Of a stretch of DNA of 64,000 bases, positions 45,301-60,400 are shown piece by piece. The stretch is from NCBI RefSeq assembly GCF_964194025.1, contig NC_134477.1, positions 7,440,001 to 7,504,000 on the forward strand, written 5' to 3'. Source of the stretch: Convolutriloba macropyga. Lineage: Eukaryota. Position 1 is the stretch's first letter. The number at the start of each line of letters is the position of its first letter. The notes under the pieces are model-generated. The model worked only from the letters and a program-made list of their open reading frames with translations. It was not told where the DNA came from and did not search any database. The translations under genes and the position numbers were made by a program.

Positions 45301-48300
45301 AATCTTTTTAATTCCTAATTCTCAGCTGGACGAGCCTTTCAATGATACCACTCACTTTTCTCTACGATGAATATATCGATCGGCCAAAATTGTCTGAACA
45401 AAAAAAAACCCATTTGAGTATATAGTTCCTCCCCCCACAAGTGGGGTCGGAACAATAAGTCCTATCATCGCATTATTTTGTGAGTCTTTATGAGTCATGA
45501 ACGGGGTCGGAATGCCTATTAGCGAGCTACGATTAAACGGAATATCTTTTGAAATGGTTGAAAAAAATCAAAGACTCACTTCAGAGTCCACTTGATTTTT
45601 TTTTCGTTGAGCAATAAACGTCATAATTATCCGCCATAATAACCAACGTTCGAATTTGGGCAATGATAAATTCAAAAGCTAACTTTGAACTTGTTTCTTT
45701 TGCAATAACATTTACTCTTCAAATAAGTAAAATTAGTTCAGCATGTTTGAAACCTGTTCTTTAGTGTTAACTGTTGTCGAGGCTTAAGAACGATGAAATC
45801 ACGCTAGTTTGCTATCGGTGAAAGAACAAACAAGCAAAGGAATAACCGAAAACAAACAACTAACTTTTAGCTATTGTCGTTTGAAAGCTTGCTTTAGGAT
45901 GAAAATGATCTGATGTGAGTTATGTTTAGCTATAGATTCTATTGTACTTGGAAATACATTTGGATGTTATGCACCACTCAGTGTCCGTTTTAAGTCACCC
46001 CCCCCCCCTTACCCACCCTCCTCAAAAATTGCCTGCCTATAAGTATACGGACAAAAATAAAATGCCTTTTAACAGAATTTTTGTTACAATCTTTGCAACG
46101 CGTCTCGCGCGAGTTAAATATCTCATAAGTTTGTTGCAAAATGGGGAAAATAAGGCGAATTGAGCAGCAATAGTTCGAAAAAAATTGGGTCACATTTTTT
46201 TGGGTCACAGGCAACAGTGATCTATGAAAAAAAAAAAGATCGAGAGCACATTTTCTGTTGTGTTCTGCTATTTTAACTCATTCCATTTCGAATGCACATA
46301 GCACAGATGAAGCTCATTTTATGTTAAAAGCAAAATTGTTAAGTTTGCTCATCATCGTGCATTTTTTATTCCAATAAAATTGCTCTGGGGTATGGAAGTT
46401 ATAGTAAAGCCGTTTGTATGCCTTGGGAACCACCACTAGATTCCATATTTTTAAAAATGGGAATCTTGATTGTGCTATCTTAAAATTATATGTTGGTTAA
46501 ATTTTTGGACGGCCTAGTATTTGCCGTAAAATCTGGCGCAAATTAACTACCTTTAGACCATTTTGGCAGCTCTTCAAAATCATGGAATAAAACTTTTTTT
46601 CCTGTCATTAAATTGAAATTTTTGAGTACTTTACACAGAAAAATCATTAAATTAACTGCACGATACTTCTGTACGTTTTTATTCTCATCGGATGAAACAT
46701 ATGACTGAATTTTTAAGTTATATGAAAAACAATATAGCAACGAAACATTTTAATAACTTCTTTTGTGTTCAATTGTTTTGGTTCTAAGAAAAAAAGAACA
46801 AAAAAGTCAAAACCAACGCATCAATCAGGCACTAGGAAGGGCTTAGCCTACTAAATTGAAGTGAATTTGTTTAGACCGACCAATTTTAAATTATTGTCGA
46901 ATGAATCAATATTTTTTCTACCAAGTAAAATTTGCTAGAGTTTTTTTTATAGTTACCAGTCGGTAAAACTGCTGCTCAAAATCGCTATTTTCTGAACATA
47001 GATATTTAAAAACACTATGATTTAAGTTTTAAGATTTATATCATCTTATTGCTTAAATAACAATACGATGAACCTCAGTGAATTTTGCAGAAATTGAAAA
47101 AAAAACTGATCAATTGATTTAGCTAAATTTGCTGTGAAGGGCTGGGTAATTTTTTCACTCGCCATTTTTTTATTCCAACTTTTTAGATGTTGTTCTGGCC
47201 GAAAATTTTTATGGCTAAAAATAGTTGATTTTAATGTTGCTTCAGTCAAACATTTTTTTCTTTCAAATTATTAATTGCAACTTTGTTCAATTTTCAAAAA
47301 TTAACAGACTTTAATGCTTTGTACTGAGAGAAAACAGTGACTTTCAAAAAGTCACCTTTAAAAATATATTTGGATAGAAGTTTATATGGTGCAAAACATT
47401 CTCGGGTTTGGGTTGTATATACATTCAACATTAAATTTCTTTACAGTGAAATTGAACGAAAATAGACCAGAAAAGTTGCTTGGCCAGCTTTGTCTCAAAG
47501 TTGGTAAATCCCTTGCAATGCATTTTGCTGACAAAAATGACAAAATTTTCAAAGAACATTTTCACAATTTTCCATCAAAATGATCATATGAAAAAAAATT
47601 GCTTTCACTGGTTTGTAAAGCGTTGTAACGCATTAGAAGTCTAAGCTGCTTTCAAAAAAAAATTAACGCTTGCAATGAGAATACTGCATAGATCCAATTC
47701 AGGACGGCGCTCATTTCATTGAGTTTTTCCCAGTCGACCTCAATTTTTTAATTGTTGATAAGGCCTTTATAAGATTGACACGACTGAAATGCCTTGCAAA
47801 CAACTTCAAACGCCAGCGCCTCCTAAACCTTGATAAGACCTTGGCAATCTTGCTTGGAGAAAAGCAAAAAGTATATTTTTCTCTTTGTCCACACAAATCA
47901 CATTTACTTTATGCGCTAGAGAAATAGTCACATATATCGTCAATTTTTCTGGAGATTTTTTAGACAAAAACTTGAAAGGAATTCAAAATTTAAGAGATAG
48001 TAGCGTAAACTGATCTATTGTTCGTTTCATCACGAGGCAAATTCAATAAAATTTCTGAAAAAAGTTAAATCAAACGATTTATCTGAAGTGCTGTGCCAAA
48101 TAAGAGTAGTGCTTGGTCTCACGTTAGTCAATCTTCGTCTTCTCCCACTGAATTTCTGATTTTTTGAGTACTAGTTTTACATAGGTAATCAGACTACCAT
48201 AATATACGGATTGTTACCGTATCTGATCTAAATATTAGAATGCTTCAGATACATTTTGATTCGTTCAATACAATAAGCGGCTTTTTCTTTCCTAGTGTCA

Positions 48301-48784
48301 AAAAAACAATAACTCCAATATCGCGATTTTACTTGCTAGGGATTTCGTGAAAACCCTAATTAAAGTTTTATCAAAGTTTTGGTAGTCTCAGCTAAAGCCT
48401 ATTTTTGTGATCTGTTGGTGTCTATTTTAATCTACGTAAAGGAAAATGATAAGAAAAACGACACCGTTTACCGGCAGAGATTACAGACAGCAACTCTCAA
48501 CACAGCTGGAACAAACGCTCGGTACATGACAGTGGGATACAGCTGGATACTACAACAGGATTGGCGTCACTGGCCAGCATACCCTGTAACTGGCACCCTT
48601 TCAGGCTCTACAACTGACAGGACGTGGACCACTTACTGACGACTCAAGTCACAGACTTTACTAAACGGGGACCCCCAATGAGGACTGTAGTCACGAACTC
48701 CCTCACTCCTCAGGGACAGCACATTCAACGCATTTCAGCTGCATTTTACAATAATTTCGCATAAAAAACTCAACCCCGGATGGA

Positions 48785-49041
48785 TGTTGCAGACGATATA
48801 CTGAGTGTACACCTTCAACCAATCATAGACTAAGAAGACTCTTTTCTGTTGTATATCGCGATAGCACGGCTGACTTAACTAAGTCTAGTAGCTATACTAT
48901 TTGCGTAACTTCTCTATTGACTCCGGTGTGTTGTATCTTATTCACTGTAATAATTAAAGCTTGTCTTTACTAGTTTACTGAGTCAGTTAGTCGGGGGAAA
49001 TAGGTAAGACTACTTCGCGTGCAGAAATAAGTAGCCCTAAC
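48785..49041 (+). mobile_element. Possible LTR remnant, preceded by internal sequence from ~48410
   Basis: TGTTG start after a purine-rich GGATGGA, a polyA-signal-like ATTAAA, and an end CCTAAC. No partner LTR or TSD was seen. Confidence 0.3.
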
Positions 49042-50591
49042 TCTCTAAATTTAAGACTCTAAAAGGTACCCAGCCAGGGTTTGTCTTATATAACTTGATT
49101 AAGAGCTTGATAATTTATCGTCATTTTATTCACGCCATCTATAAAAAAAGCTTATTTTTTGGCAATTAAATCTTTACAGGAAGATTTTCACATTTCTCTT
49201 CAAATTTTCATTGAACAGAATCTCTTATAATGATAAACAAAATGATATTGAAATTGAAAATACAGGCGGTTAAACCAATGAATAGCACTTTTCCGTCGCC
49301 CATCAGGAAAAATTCGCGTGTATTCTGAAAAGCAGAAAGTCAAACTTTTAATTACATAGCGGCTATTATTAGGGACATCGTGATTTTTACAATTCAAAAA
49401 GTTTGAATTGTTTTTGTGTGCTGTGTTTTTTTAAAGATATGTTCACACATCTTCATGATTTTTGAAATCAAATTGGGAGTAGTTATTTTGGTCACGCCGA
49501 AGCAAGAAATGGAGCAAAAAAGCAAGTCGTTTTGTGACGTGAAATTTGTCTATGTTAATTTTAAAGTAGACTGAGAAAACGGTGTTTGAACAAAAAATCG
49601 CTTTCCCGCTAGCGGTTTTTTGTCCAAATGCAGCAATCTCATTTAGTTTTTACTGTTTTCTCGATTTTTTTGGATTGATTTTTTTTCTAAATGGTTGGTT
49701 TTTCCTATGAACTCAGAGTCCGATCTAGGTCTAGATTTCTGTTTAGTCAATGAAATTTCTTTGAATTGTACGTCAGTATTTTCCTGCTATGTGTTTTTAA
49801 TTCGTCGTCTCCATCGATGATTCGTACGACCTGACTTCTTGGAATCGACTTCAGTTTCGGTGACTTCTACTGCTTTGCAGTTAAAATTTGTGTACGTGAC
49901 GTCATTTGTTCTGCTTTTAGGTCAATGACTTACCTCACTCAAAAAGAATGACTTCAGAACTCATTTAATGAATTTTATATTTTATGAACATTTACTAGTT
50001 AAAGATCCATAGTGCTTAGAGTCTTGTGTTGTTTGATTTCGAATATCAATGTTTAAAAAGCCTTTTAGGGCTGATTCCTTATAGAGCTTATGTGTCTCAT
50101 AAAAATGACAGTCCGAAGCTAACCCAAAAAGTCTAGTGGTCTATTAAAAGACTGGTGGTCAATCTGTATAGCTTAATTCTTCAGTTGTGCCAATTTTATG
50201 GAAGGCTGCCAGCGTCTATCGCGGCTATTTTCCTGCAATCTGCCGGCTATGTTTTGAATTGCTATTCCACGAAGTTACAGCAGCAATTCGCAATTCGTTT
50301 TAATTCAGTCTCTCGTCATCTGTTCCCATTTCTGAATTATCCAGAATTTCGTACCTTATTGGTTCCATTATCTCACTTTAAAAGAATTAATTTCGAATTT
50401 CTGGACACAAAAATAGGATAGATACCAAGAATATGATTGCATAGGGGCTTTTAAAATCTTTCAGAAATACTTCGCATTTTTCTAGATATCTATATCTATT
50501 ATAATGACTGGTTTTTATCACTCATTTTGCGCTTGTATCTGCTATGCGAACTTTGCCGAAATTTTTGTGAAGCTAGTAGAAGTTTTTGTTA

Positions 50592-50791
50592 NNNNNNNNN
50601 NNNNNNNNNNNNNNNNNNNNNNNNNNNNNNNNNNNNNNNNNNNNNNNNNNNNNNNNNNNNNNNNNNNNNNNNNNNNNNNNNNNNNNNNNNNNNNNNNNNN
50701 NNNNNNNNNNNNNNNNNNNNNNNNNNNNNNNNNNNNNNNNNNNNNNNNNNNNNNNNNNNNNNNNNNNNNNNNNNNNNNNNNNNNNNNNNNN
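50592..50791. other. Assembly gap (200 N)
   Basis: Run of N. Confidence 1.
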
Positions 50792-51607
50792 TAACGAATT
50801 AAAGCTCTTAGGAGGTGTTTTGTCGATTGAAATTTTCAAACATTCTTTACATGGAAAAACATTAAAAGTCAATTCAGATCTGAGTGCCATATTTTCATTA
50901 GGAAAAAGAACTGTTCAAACAATCCTACAACAGCGTCTTTGCATGTTTGTTGATAGTTTTTTCTCTTATCGTTTCATCATTGACAATCTTTCTGTGTGTA
51001 AAAATGTGTTCAGTTGATTGTCTTTCTAGCAAAAGTTTTCGAAATTCAAAATGGGAAAAATGATAGGACAAAAAAAGTCGTTGAAGCAAATTTTTCTAGA
51101 CTTTTAATCTCAATTTGCAGTTTTCAATCAACTCCTAAAAATGAACCAATGCATTTAATATTTATATTTCTCTCATATTTACCCACTAAACTAAAACAAC
51201 TCTATTAAATAAGTGACAAATGGAATGATCAGAAATAATGCATAGTCGCTCGACAAAATTCTGCTTGTTCAAAAATGACTCAGTTTGCTTGCTCCATAAT
51301 TAGCATAGTAAAAAACTTTTTACACAAAAAATCAGTTTAAGAAAGTAGTTTTGCAATGCGAATCACATACTACAATACAAATGCGACGCAAAAAAAAGAA
51401 CAACTAAAAAATAACTCCAGTAAATGTCAGTAAACGCGCTCCTTATACTACTTCCCTAAATTTAGAAATTTAGAGTAAACGTAAAGCCGCTATATGTACT
51501 GACAAGCAAATCGCTCTACCAATTGTGTTCAAAAAATTTTTCGAAGATAATATCCATGACAGTCATCAAGGCATCCAGGCGATTATCTGTTCTTTACAAT
51601 ATGTCAC

Positions 51608-52289
51608 CCAGGCTCAGTTGTGCGACCCTAGACCGCTCTGATCAGAACATTTGTGTCGCACACTGGTGGCGTGGTTCGAACTAAATTACATGGTCTGTGA
51701 AACGTTTGAGTCTAACGATGAGCTGGACGATGGTCGCACTACCGTCTGGTCAGAGGGCAAAGTCGCCTTATAGTCTGATTATAGGTCGCACGAAAGTCTG
51801 GAATGGTCACACTACGAACTGATCAGAGACCAAAGTCTGGACATAAGTTGCACCGAAATCTGACCACAGAGCATAAACTGATCATATTTAATTCACTACA
51901 ATTTTATTACCTCTGTTTTTGATAACTGAAAAGAAAAATTAAATGCACTTCAAAAAGACATTTTGTTTATAAATTCATCATTTTGCTTTGTCTTAACCTT
52001 AACAAGATACACTATGTTATTCAAATTTAAGTTTAGTAGTATAGGTTTGAATTGAATAAGTTGAACAAACTCCATCTGATTTTCAGGAATGGTCTGATCG
52101 CAAAAAACTTTGAGTTGCACGATAGTCTGCTCAGAGGGAATTGGGTCGCACGATGGTCTGATCAGAGGTCTTTTGGGTAGCACTATGGTCGCATGATTTC
52201 TTGGGTCGCACTAGGTAGGGTCTGATCTGAGGGCAATGTCTGGGAAGTGATCTGAACAGGGTGGTCTAGGTTCGCACAACTAAACCTGG
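51608..52289. mobile_element. Non-autonomous DNA transposon (MITE) with ~39-bp TIRs and subterminal repeats
   Basis: CCAGGCTCAGTTGTGCGACCCTAGACCGCTCTGATCAGA matches the reverse complement of 52251-52289 at 33/39 positions. Internal GGTCGCAC and GTCTGATCAGAG motifs recur. No clear TSD. Confidence 0.8.
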
Positions 52290-54459
52290 CCAGCTGACCT
52301 TATTTGCACCGCGGTCTCGGCTCTGAAATGAAACCTTGTCAGAACTAGCACGAAGTTACAAATACATGCCAGCATGCCAGACACTGCTAGAGAGGCTGCC
52401 AATAGAAGCAAAATAAAGCTATAGGAGTCTAGGAGCTAGAAATGTGCCCCAAAAGAGAGGGAGCCGACACCAGATTACGAGCTGCACTTCGTTTGTACAA
52501 CTAAAGTTGGAGCTGTCTCGCGAGAAACTCATGCACAAAAACCGGGAAAGCGGCAAAAAGAGAGAACGCGAAAAACTGCACCTCATAAAAAATTCAAAGA
52601 AATAGTGACATGAAATTAATACGTCAAAATTGTGTCAATGGGAGAAGCATGTCTTCAACTCGATCAAAAATTGCTGGTTTTCGGGAGAAACAGCCAAAAA
52701 TCCTACCGCGAGCCGTCCCTCCAACAATAATTCCACAAGCGCCTGTCGTCTCTTCGTCACCAACGCCTACAACTTCTGGAATGCCATACTCTACCATTGA
52801 CCATGGCATTGTCTCCAGCAAAAAAAATTCCCTGAAATTTTGATATCTGAGGAAAATTTTAGAAGCTTCATTACGATAACCTGTAATCATAACATAAAAT
52901 GCTTCTTGTGGAAAAAATGTTGTCAAGGAAGTAAGTTCTTCAAACATTCAAGGATTTAGCAATCTCTGAATTTTACCATTGAAGACAAATTACGGAGGGA
53001 AAAACTTGTACGAGGTTGAAGAAAGAGCCATTTTAAAATCTTTTCTTAATGGTGTCCAATGCTTTGAACCTCAACTTCAAGTAAAGATAAAATTTCTATT
53101 GTTTAGATTTTTCCAATAACCTTCCGAGTAACTTTGTTCAACAATAATCCGCAAATTATTTCAAACTTTTTTTATAAGGCGAAAATGAAACTTATTCTTT
53201 TGTTGTTTTCGAACTTTTTTCTTCTGAATTTTCACATTGTTTTTGATTGAAGGAGTTGCTGTTGATTGAAAGAATTTTTCAGAAAAATTGCTATTAAGCG
53301 GTTCAACTTTATGCAATATTATCTGGGTTTCATAGAAGGTATTAGATTGGCCCAGGTTTTATATGGTATCTCAGTACAGTCTCATCAGAAAGACAAGACA
53401 ACTGTATTAAGGTAATTCCAAATGAATAAAAATATTTTTTCGTTCTGGAAAAAAGCTGGAGCGAAAGGAGTAAATTTTAATATAAAAAACAGATAAGCTC
53501 AAGGAATGGAACTATTTTTGCATTTATCACTTTTTTTCAACATTAAAGATGACTCGAAGTCCAATCATTGATGAAAGAGACTAATTAGTAATTATACCTT
53601 GATAAATATTCTTGTACTTTTTTCATACAACTGCACAGATTTGCTTTTTTCTGCATAGAAAACATTACAACAAAATGTGCTAACTGCGGAATAACTAATG
53701 AAGAGGACTAGTTGGAACACGATAATAAAGACAAACAAATGGAGGCCCATATTTTCACCTGATATTGGTCGGTAGCAAATGCTAAAGTGATGGCAACTTT
53801 TTAATTAGAACTAAATAAGAGAAAGAAGTTTTATTTGTTATTTCACACGAATTTCTTTAATATATAAATCGAAGAAAACTCCCGTCTTTTCAATCAAATT
53901 CTGTAAAAAAAATGTTAGGGAACACGGCTAACCGATGGACTATCTTGCCGCTCATTTTCGTCCTCCTCGGAAAATAGGGAGTGTTGAGAAACATCAATCT
54001 GTGGCGAAATCCATCTTCTCAAAATAATATTAAAGATCTCCTTGTTAATTTATTTGCTAACTTTTCGCCCTTCTTAAATTGTAACTGTTAAGAAGTTGTG
54101 ACAGTTAATATTGGCCTGACATTCTGGAATATCTATAACCTTAAGCAAGTTCCAAAATTAAAAACTCAAAAAAAAATATTTGAAAATAGCGGGTTTGCAG
54201 CTTTCTCGTGATTTGCTTTTAATTGTTTCAACATTTCCATTCTGTTAACTTAGTTGACACAGAATTGATGTAGATTTTTGTACTGTTCAAGCGCACAGTC
54301 AAATGTTGACTTTTACAATTTATTAGGGATGGCAGTAGTGTATAAAAAGTGCTATCCAGCCATACAATAAAAATATTTTGCAAAATTATAGTTTAAGGCA
54401 CATTTTTTCTAATAAAAAACGAAGACGTAATCTACCCAGTCGACAGATTTTACGCCTTT

Positions 54460-57400
54460 GTTAATTGCCCAAAACTGGCTGATAACTATACTTCTGGAAC
54501 GTTTTGTGTGGGGTTTCCGCATAGCATTTTTTTTTTCAGAACTCTACCAAAAACAATAACCATAAAAACATTGTTCTTACTATAAAAAATAGCAAAACTC
54601 TTTTATAACCTATTACCTTACTGTTATATTAACCAAACTTATCAACATTAACAAAAACATTAACAATAAGGTAAACCCTTATCTTTCTGCAATATTAATT
54701 AAAAAAATTGATATTAAAGTGAACTATTATCTTACTATAATACTCAGGAAAACATAATAATAATGTACGCTATAAAGTTAAATCAAAATTAATACTCAGG
54801 TAAACTCTTATCCTACTACAATACTAACAAAAACCTTAGTATTAGGAGAAAATTTTATCTTTCTGCAATTTTAAGCAAAGCCATAATACTAGGGTAAATC
54901 ATATTGTGGTTGCATTATTATTAAAATATTAATATTAAGGTAGACTATCATTTTACTCTAATATTAACCAAAAACATAAATTAATAAAAAAAATCACTAT
55001 ATTGTAAGGATATAAAACAATTTAATAAAAATAATATTGAGGTAAGCAAACATCTTACTGATCTATTAAGCAAAACATTGATAATAAGTAATAAGGAAAA
55101 CAATAATATTAATCAAAACATTAATAAAAAAGTATACTGTAATATCAAGAAAAACCATTAATGTTAAGGTAAATTATAAAACTAATCAAAACATTAATAT
55201 TGAAAAGATTAATTTTAAAGGTAAACTGTAATATTAATCAAAACTTTGATAAAAGTGTGAACAGTAAAAATCATCAAAACATTAGAACAAATGTAAGCTG
55301 TAAATTTAAGCAAAATATTAATGTTTTTTAAACAGTAATATTGATCAAGCCATTAATAAAAGAGTGAATTGTAATATCAAGCAAAAATGCTAAAATTAAG
55401 GTAAACTATAAAACTAATCAAAGCTTTAACATTGATCTGTTATCTTACTGTAAAATTAAACAAAACAATAATATTAAAATTGAAGTTTAACATTAATCAA
55501 AACAATAATAAAAAGGTAAACAGTAATAATAATCAAAACATTAGTAAAAACGTGAGCTGTAATATTAAGCAAAAATATTAAATTTAGGTTAAACAGTAAT
55601 ACTAATAAAAACATTAAAGAAAGAGTAAACTGTAATATCAAGCAAAACCTTAATATTAATGTTTAACTATAAAGATAATCAAAACATTAATATGAACTGT
55701 CATCTTACTGCAATATTAATCAAAATTTTATTATTATTGTTAAAATGTAAAATCAATCAAAACAATAATTACAAGGTAAACAGTAATTTCAATCAAAACA
55801 TTAATAAAACGCAAGCTGTAACTTTCAGTAAAATTTTGAATATTAGGTTAAACAGTAATAGTAATCAAAACATTAACAAAGAATAAACTGTAATATCAAA
55901 CAAAAACATTAATAATAAATTCAATTTTAATACTAATCAAAATATTAATATGGAATTGTTATCTTACTGTAATATTAATCAAAACATTAATGTTATAGTT
56001 AAACTGTAACATTAATCAAAACTTTAATGAAAAGATGAACAGTATTTTCAATCAAACCATTATCAAAAACGTTAGCTGTGATATTAGACAAAAATATTAA
56101 CATTAATGTACAATATGAAACAATCCAAAACATTAACAATAAATGTAAACAGTAAAATTAATCAAAATATTAGAAAATAGGTAACATTTAACATTAAACA
56201 AAAACAATAATACTAAAGTAAACTTAAAAAAACTAATCAAAACATTAGTATTCAATTGTTATCTTACTGTAATTTTAATCAAAACTTTTATATTAAATTT
56301 AATATGTAACATTAATCAAAACAATAATAATACCTTGATGGTAAGATAACTTATAAAACTAATCAAAGCATCAATATTGAGCTCTTTTCTCACTGTTATA
56401 TTAATCAAAACTTTAATATTTAAGTCAAACTATAACATTAATCAAAACATTATTGAAAAGGTTAATTTCCCAAAACTGGTTGATAACTATCCTTCTGGAG
56501 CAGTTTGTGTGGGGCATCCGCATAGCACTTTTTATGCAGAACTCTACTAAAAGCAATTAACCACAAAAACATTGATCTAAGTATATCAAATAGAAAAAAA
56601 TTTTTATTAACTATTAAATTACTGTTATTTTAACCAAACTTATTAACATTAACCAAACATTAAAATTAAGGTAAACTATTATCTTTCTGCAATATTAATA
56701 AAAAAAAATTGTTATTAAAGTGAACTATTATCTTAGTATAATACTCAGCAAAATATAATAATAATGTACGCTATGAAAATAAATCAAAATTAATACTCAG
56801 AGAAACTATTATCCTACTATAATAAAAACAAAATACTTACTATTAGGAGAAAATATTATCTTACTGCAATTTTAAACAAAGCCATAATATTACGGTAAAT
56901 CACATTGTGGTTGCAATATCATTAAAATATTTTTTACGGTAGACTATCATCTTACTCTAATATTAACTAAAACCATTTTTTAATAAAGTAAATTACAATA
57001 CTCTAATGATATAAAACAATTGATTGAAATTAATTTTAAGGTAAGCTAACATCTTACTGTTTTATTAAGCAAAACATTGATAATAAGGTAAACAGTAACA
57101 TAAATCAAAACATTAACAAAAAATTGTACTGTAATATCAAGCAAAAACCCTATATTAAGGTATAAAACTAATCTATACATTATTAGTAAAAAAATTAATA
57201 TTAAAGTTAAACTGTAATATTAATCAAATTATTAATTGAAGGGTGAAGAGTAATAATTATCAAAATATTAATAAAAACGGAAGCCGTAATATTAGGCAAA
57301 AATTCTAATACTAGCTTAAACAGCATTAATACTAATGTAAACTGTAAAACTAATCAAAAAGTTATTGTTGAATTATAATCTTACTGCAATTTTAATCAAA

Positions 57401-60400
57401 ACATTAATATTGAGGTCAAAATGTAACATAAGTCAAAACTTTTATAAGAAAAGATAAAGTGTAATTTTAATCACATCACCAATAAAAACGTTAGCTGTTA
57501 TATTAGACAAAATCATTAATATTAAGATACACTATAAGATTAATCAAAACATTAACTTTAAATGTGAACAGTAATAATAATAAAAACATTAATACTCATA
57601 AACTCTAATTACTCATCATTAAACTCAATTACATTAATACTCATCATTAAACTCTAATATTAAGCAAAATCCTTAAAAATAAGATAAACAATAAAATTAA
57701 CCAAAACATTAAAATTTAACTGTTATCTTACTGTAAAATTTATTTTTAAAATTAAATTGTAACCTTGATCAAAACATTAACAGCAATTTTTACTCAAAAA
57801 CATCAAAATAGCCGTTAACTGTAATTTTGGACAAAAACATCAATTTTGAGGTACACTATAAAACTAATCAATACATTAATAAGAGAAGCAAACAGTAATT
57901 ATAATCAAAACAATACACAAAAAAACTGTAATATTAAACAAGAACATTAATATTAAGGTAAAATATAAAACTAATCAAAACATTAGTATTGAACTGTCAT
58001 CTTACTGTAATGTTAATCAAAATATTTCTGTTAAATTTATGAATCATACTCTAATATTAACAAAAAACATTTTTTAATAAAATAAATCACAATATTGCAA
58101 TGATACAAAACAAATGATTAAAATTAATTTTAAGGTAAGCTATCATCTTACTGGTTTTTTTAAGCAAAACATTGATAATAAGGTAAACAGTAACGTAAAT
58201 CAATACATTAATAAAAAACTGTACTGTATTATTAAGCAAAAACATTATATTTGGGTAAATTATAAAACTAATCAAAATATTGTTAGTGAAAACATTAATA
58301 TTAAAGATAATCTGTAATATTAATCAAATTATTAATTATGGGTGCACAGTAACAATCATCAAAATATTATTAAAAACGGAAGCCGTAATATTAGGCAAAA
58401 ATTCTAATACTAGCTTGAACGGCATTAATATTAATGTAAACTATAAAACTAATCAAAAAGTTATTATTGAATTGTTATCTTACTGCAATTTTAATCAAAA
58501 TATTAATATCGACGTCAAAAAGTAACATTAATCAAAATTTTGATAAGAAAAGATAAACGGTAATTTTAATCACAACATAAATAAAAACGTTAGCTGTTAT
58601 ATTAGACAAAATCATTAATATTAAGGTACACCATAGGATTAATCAGAACATTATCTTTAAATGTAAACAGTAATAATAATAAAAATATTAAAAAAAGGTG
58701 AACTGTATTATTAAGCAAAATCATTAATACTAAGATAAACAATATACATATTCAAATCATTAAAATCTAACTGTTATCTTAGTGTAAAAATTCATATTAA
58801 AATAAATTTGTAACCTTGATCAAAACATTAATGAAAGAGTAAACAGTAATATTACTCAAAACATTAAAAAAAAACGTAAATGTAATTTTGGTCAAAAACA
58901 TCAATATTAAGGAACACTATAAAACTAACCAAAACATCAATAATGGAAGCAAACAGTAATATTAATCAAAACATTACACAAAAAACCGTAATATCTTTCA
59001 AAAACTTTAAAATAAAGGTAAAACATAAAACTAATCCAAGCCATTATATTGAATTGTTATCTTACTGTAATATTGAACAAAACATTAATATGAAACTTAA
59101 AGCGTAACATTAATCAAAACAATAATAAAAACGTAAACAGTAACAATAATCAAAACATTAATAAAAACGTGAGTTGTTATATCAAGCAAAAAATATTAAT
59201 ATTAGGTTAAACAGTAATTTTAATAAAAGCATTAATAAAAGCGTACATTGTAATATCAAGCAAAAACATAATATTAATGTAAACTATAAAACTAATCAAA
59301 ACATTAAAACAGAACTGTCATCTTACTGTAAAATTAATCAAACTATTATTATTAAATTTAAGATGTAACATCAATCAAAACAATAAATAAAAGGTAAACA
59401 GTAATTTCGATCAAAACATTATTTAAAACAAAAGCTGTAATCTTAAGAAAATTCGCAAAATTAGGTTCAACAGTAATAGTAACCAAAACAATAATAAAAG
59501 AATACCCTCTAATATCAAGCAAAAACATTATTATTATTAAGGTAAGCTATAAAACGAATCAAAACACTGATATTGAACTGTTATCTTACTGTATTATCAA
59601 TCAAAACCTTAATATTATAGTTAAACTGTAACATTATAAAAAAAAATTATTAAAAAGATAAACAGTAATATTAATCAAAACATTTAAATAAACTTCAGCT
59701 GTGATATTAGACAAAAACATTAATATTAAGGTACACTTTGAGACTGATCAAAACTTTAACAATAAAGGTAAACAGTAATATGTATCAACTTATTAATAAA
59801 TCAGTAATCTGTAATGTTAAGCAAAAACATTAATACTAAGGTAAACTATAAAACTAATCAAAACATTAATATTGAACTGTTATCGTACTGTAATATTATT
59901 CAAAACTTTAATATTAGAGTCAAAATCTAACATTAATCAAAATATTAAGGAAAAGGTTAATTTCCCAAAAGTGGCTGATAACCTTCCTCTTGGAGCATTT
60001 TGTGTGGTTTATCCGCATAGCCTTTAAAATGCAGGACTCCACTAAAAATATTAACCATAAAAATATTGTTCTGAGTATAAAAAAAAAGAACCATTGGAAT
60101 TAAGGTAAACTATTATCTTTCTGCAATATTAAGTAAAAAATTGATATTAAAATGAACTATTATCTTACTATAATACTCAGCAAAACATAATAATAATGTA
60201 CGCTAAAAAATCAACTCAAAACTAATACTCAGGTAAACTATCAAAACATTAATATTAAAGTTAACATGTAACATCAATCAAAATCATAATAAAAAGGTAA
60301 ACACTAATAACAGTCAAAAAAAAACTTAAGCTGTAATATTAAGCAAAAATATTAATTTTGAGTTAAAAATTAATATCAATCAAATCAATAATAAAATTGT

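Noticed and set aside
45240-45440. Possible DNA-transposon end
   Set aside because: It resembles non-autonomous element sequence, but no partner TIR or TSD could be located.
52365-52950. THAP-domain or P-element remnant (ELHF...AVPPT) and ORFs 52610-52843 and 52624-52947
   Set aside because: The motifs are in different frames and spaced too far apart, so the support is insufficient without a profile search.
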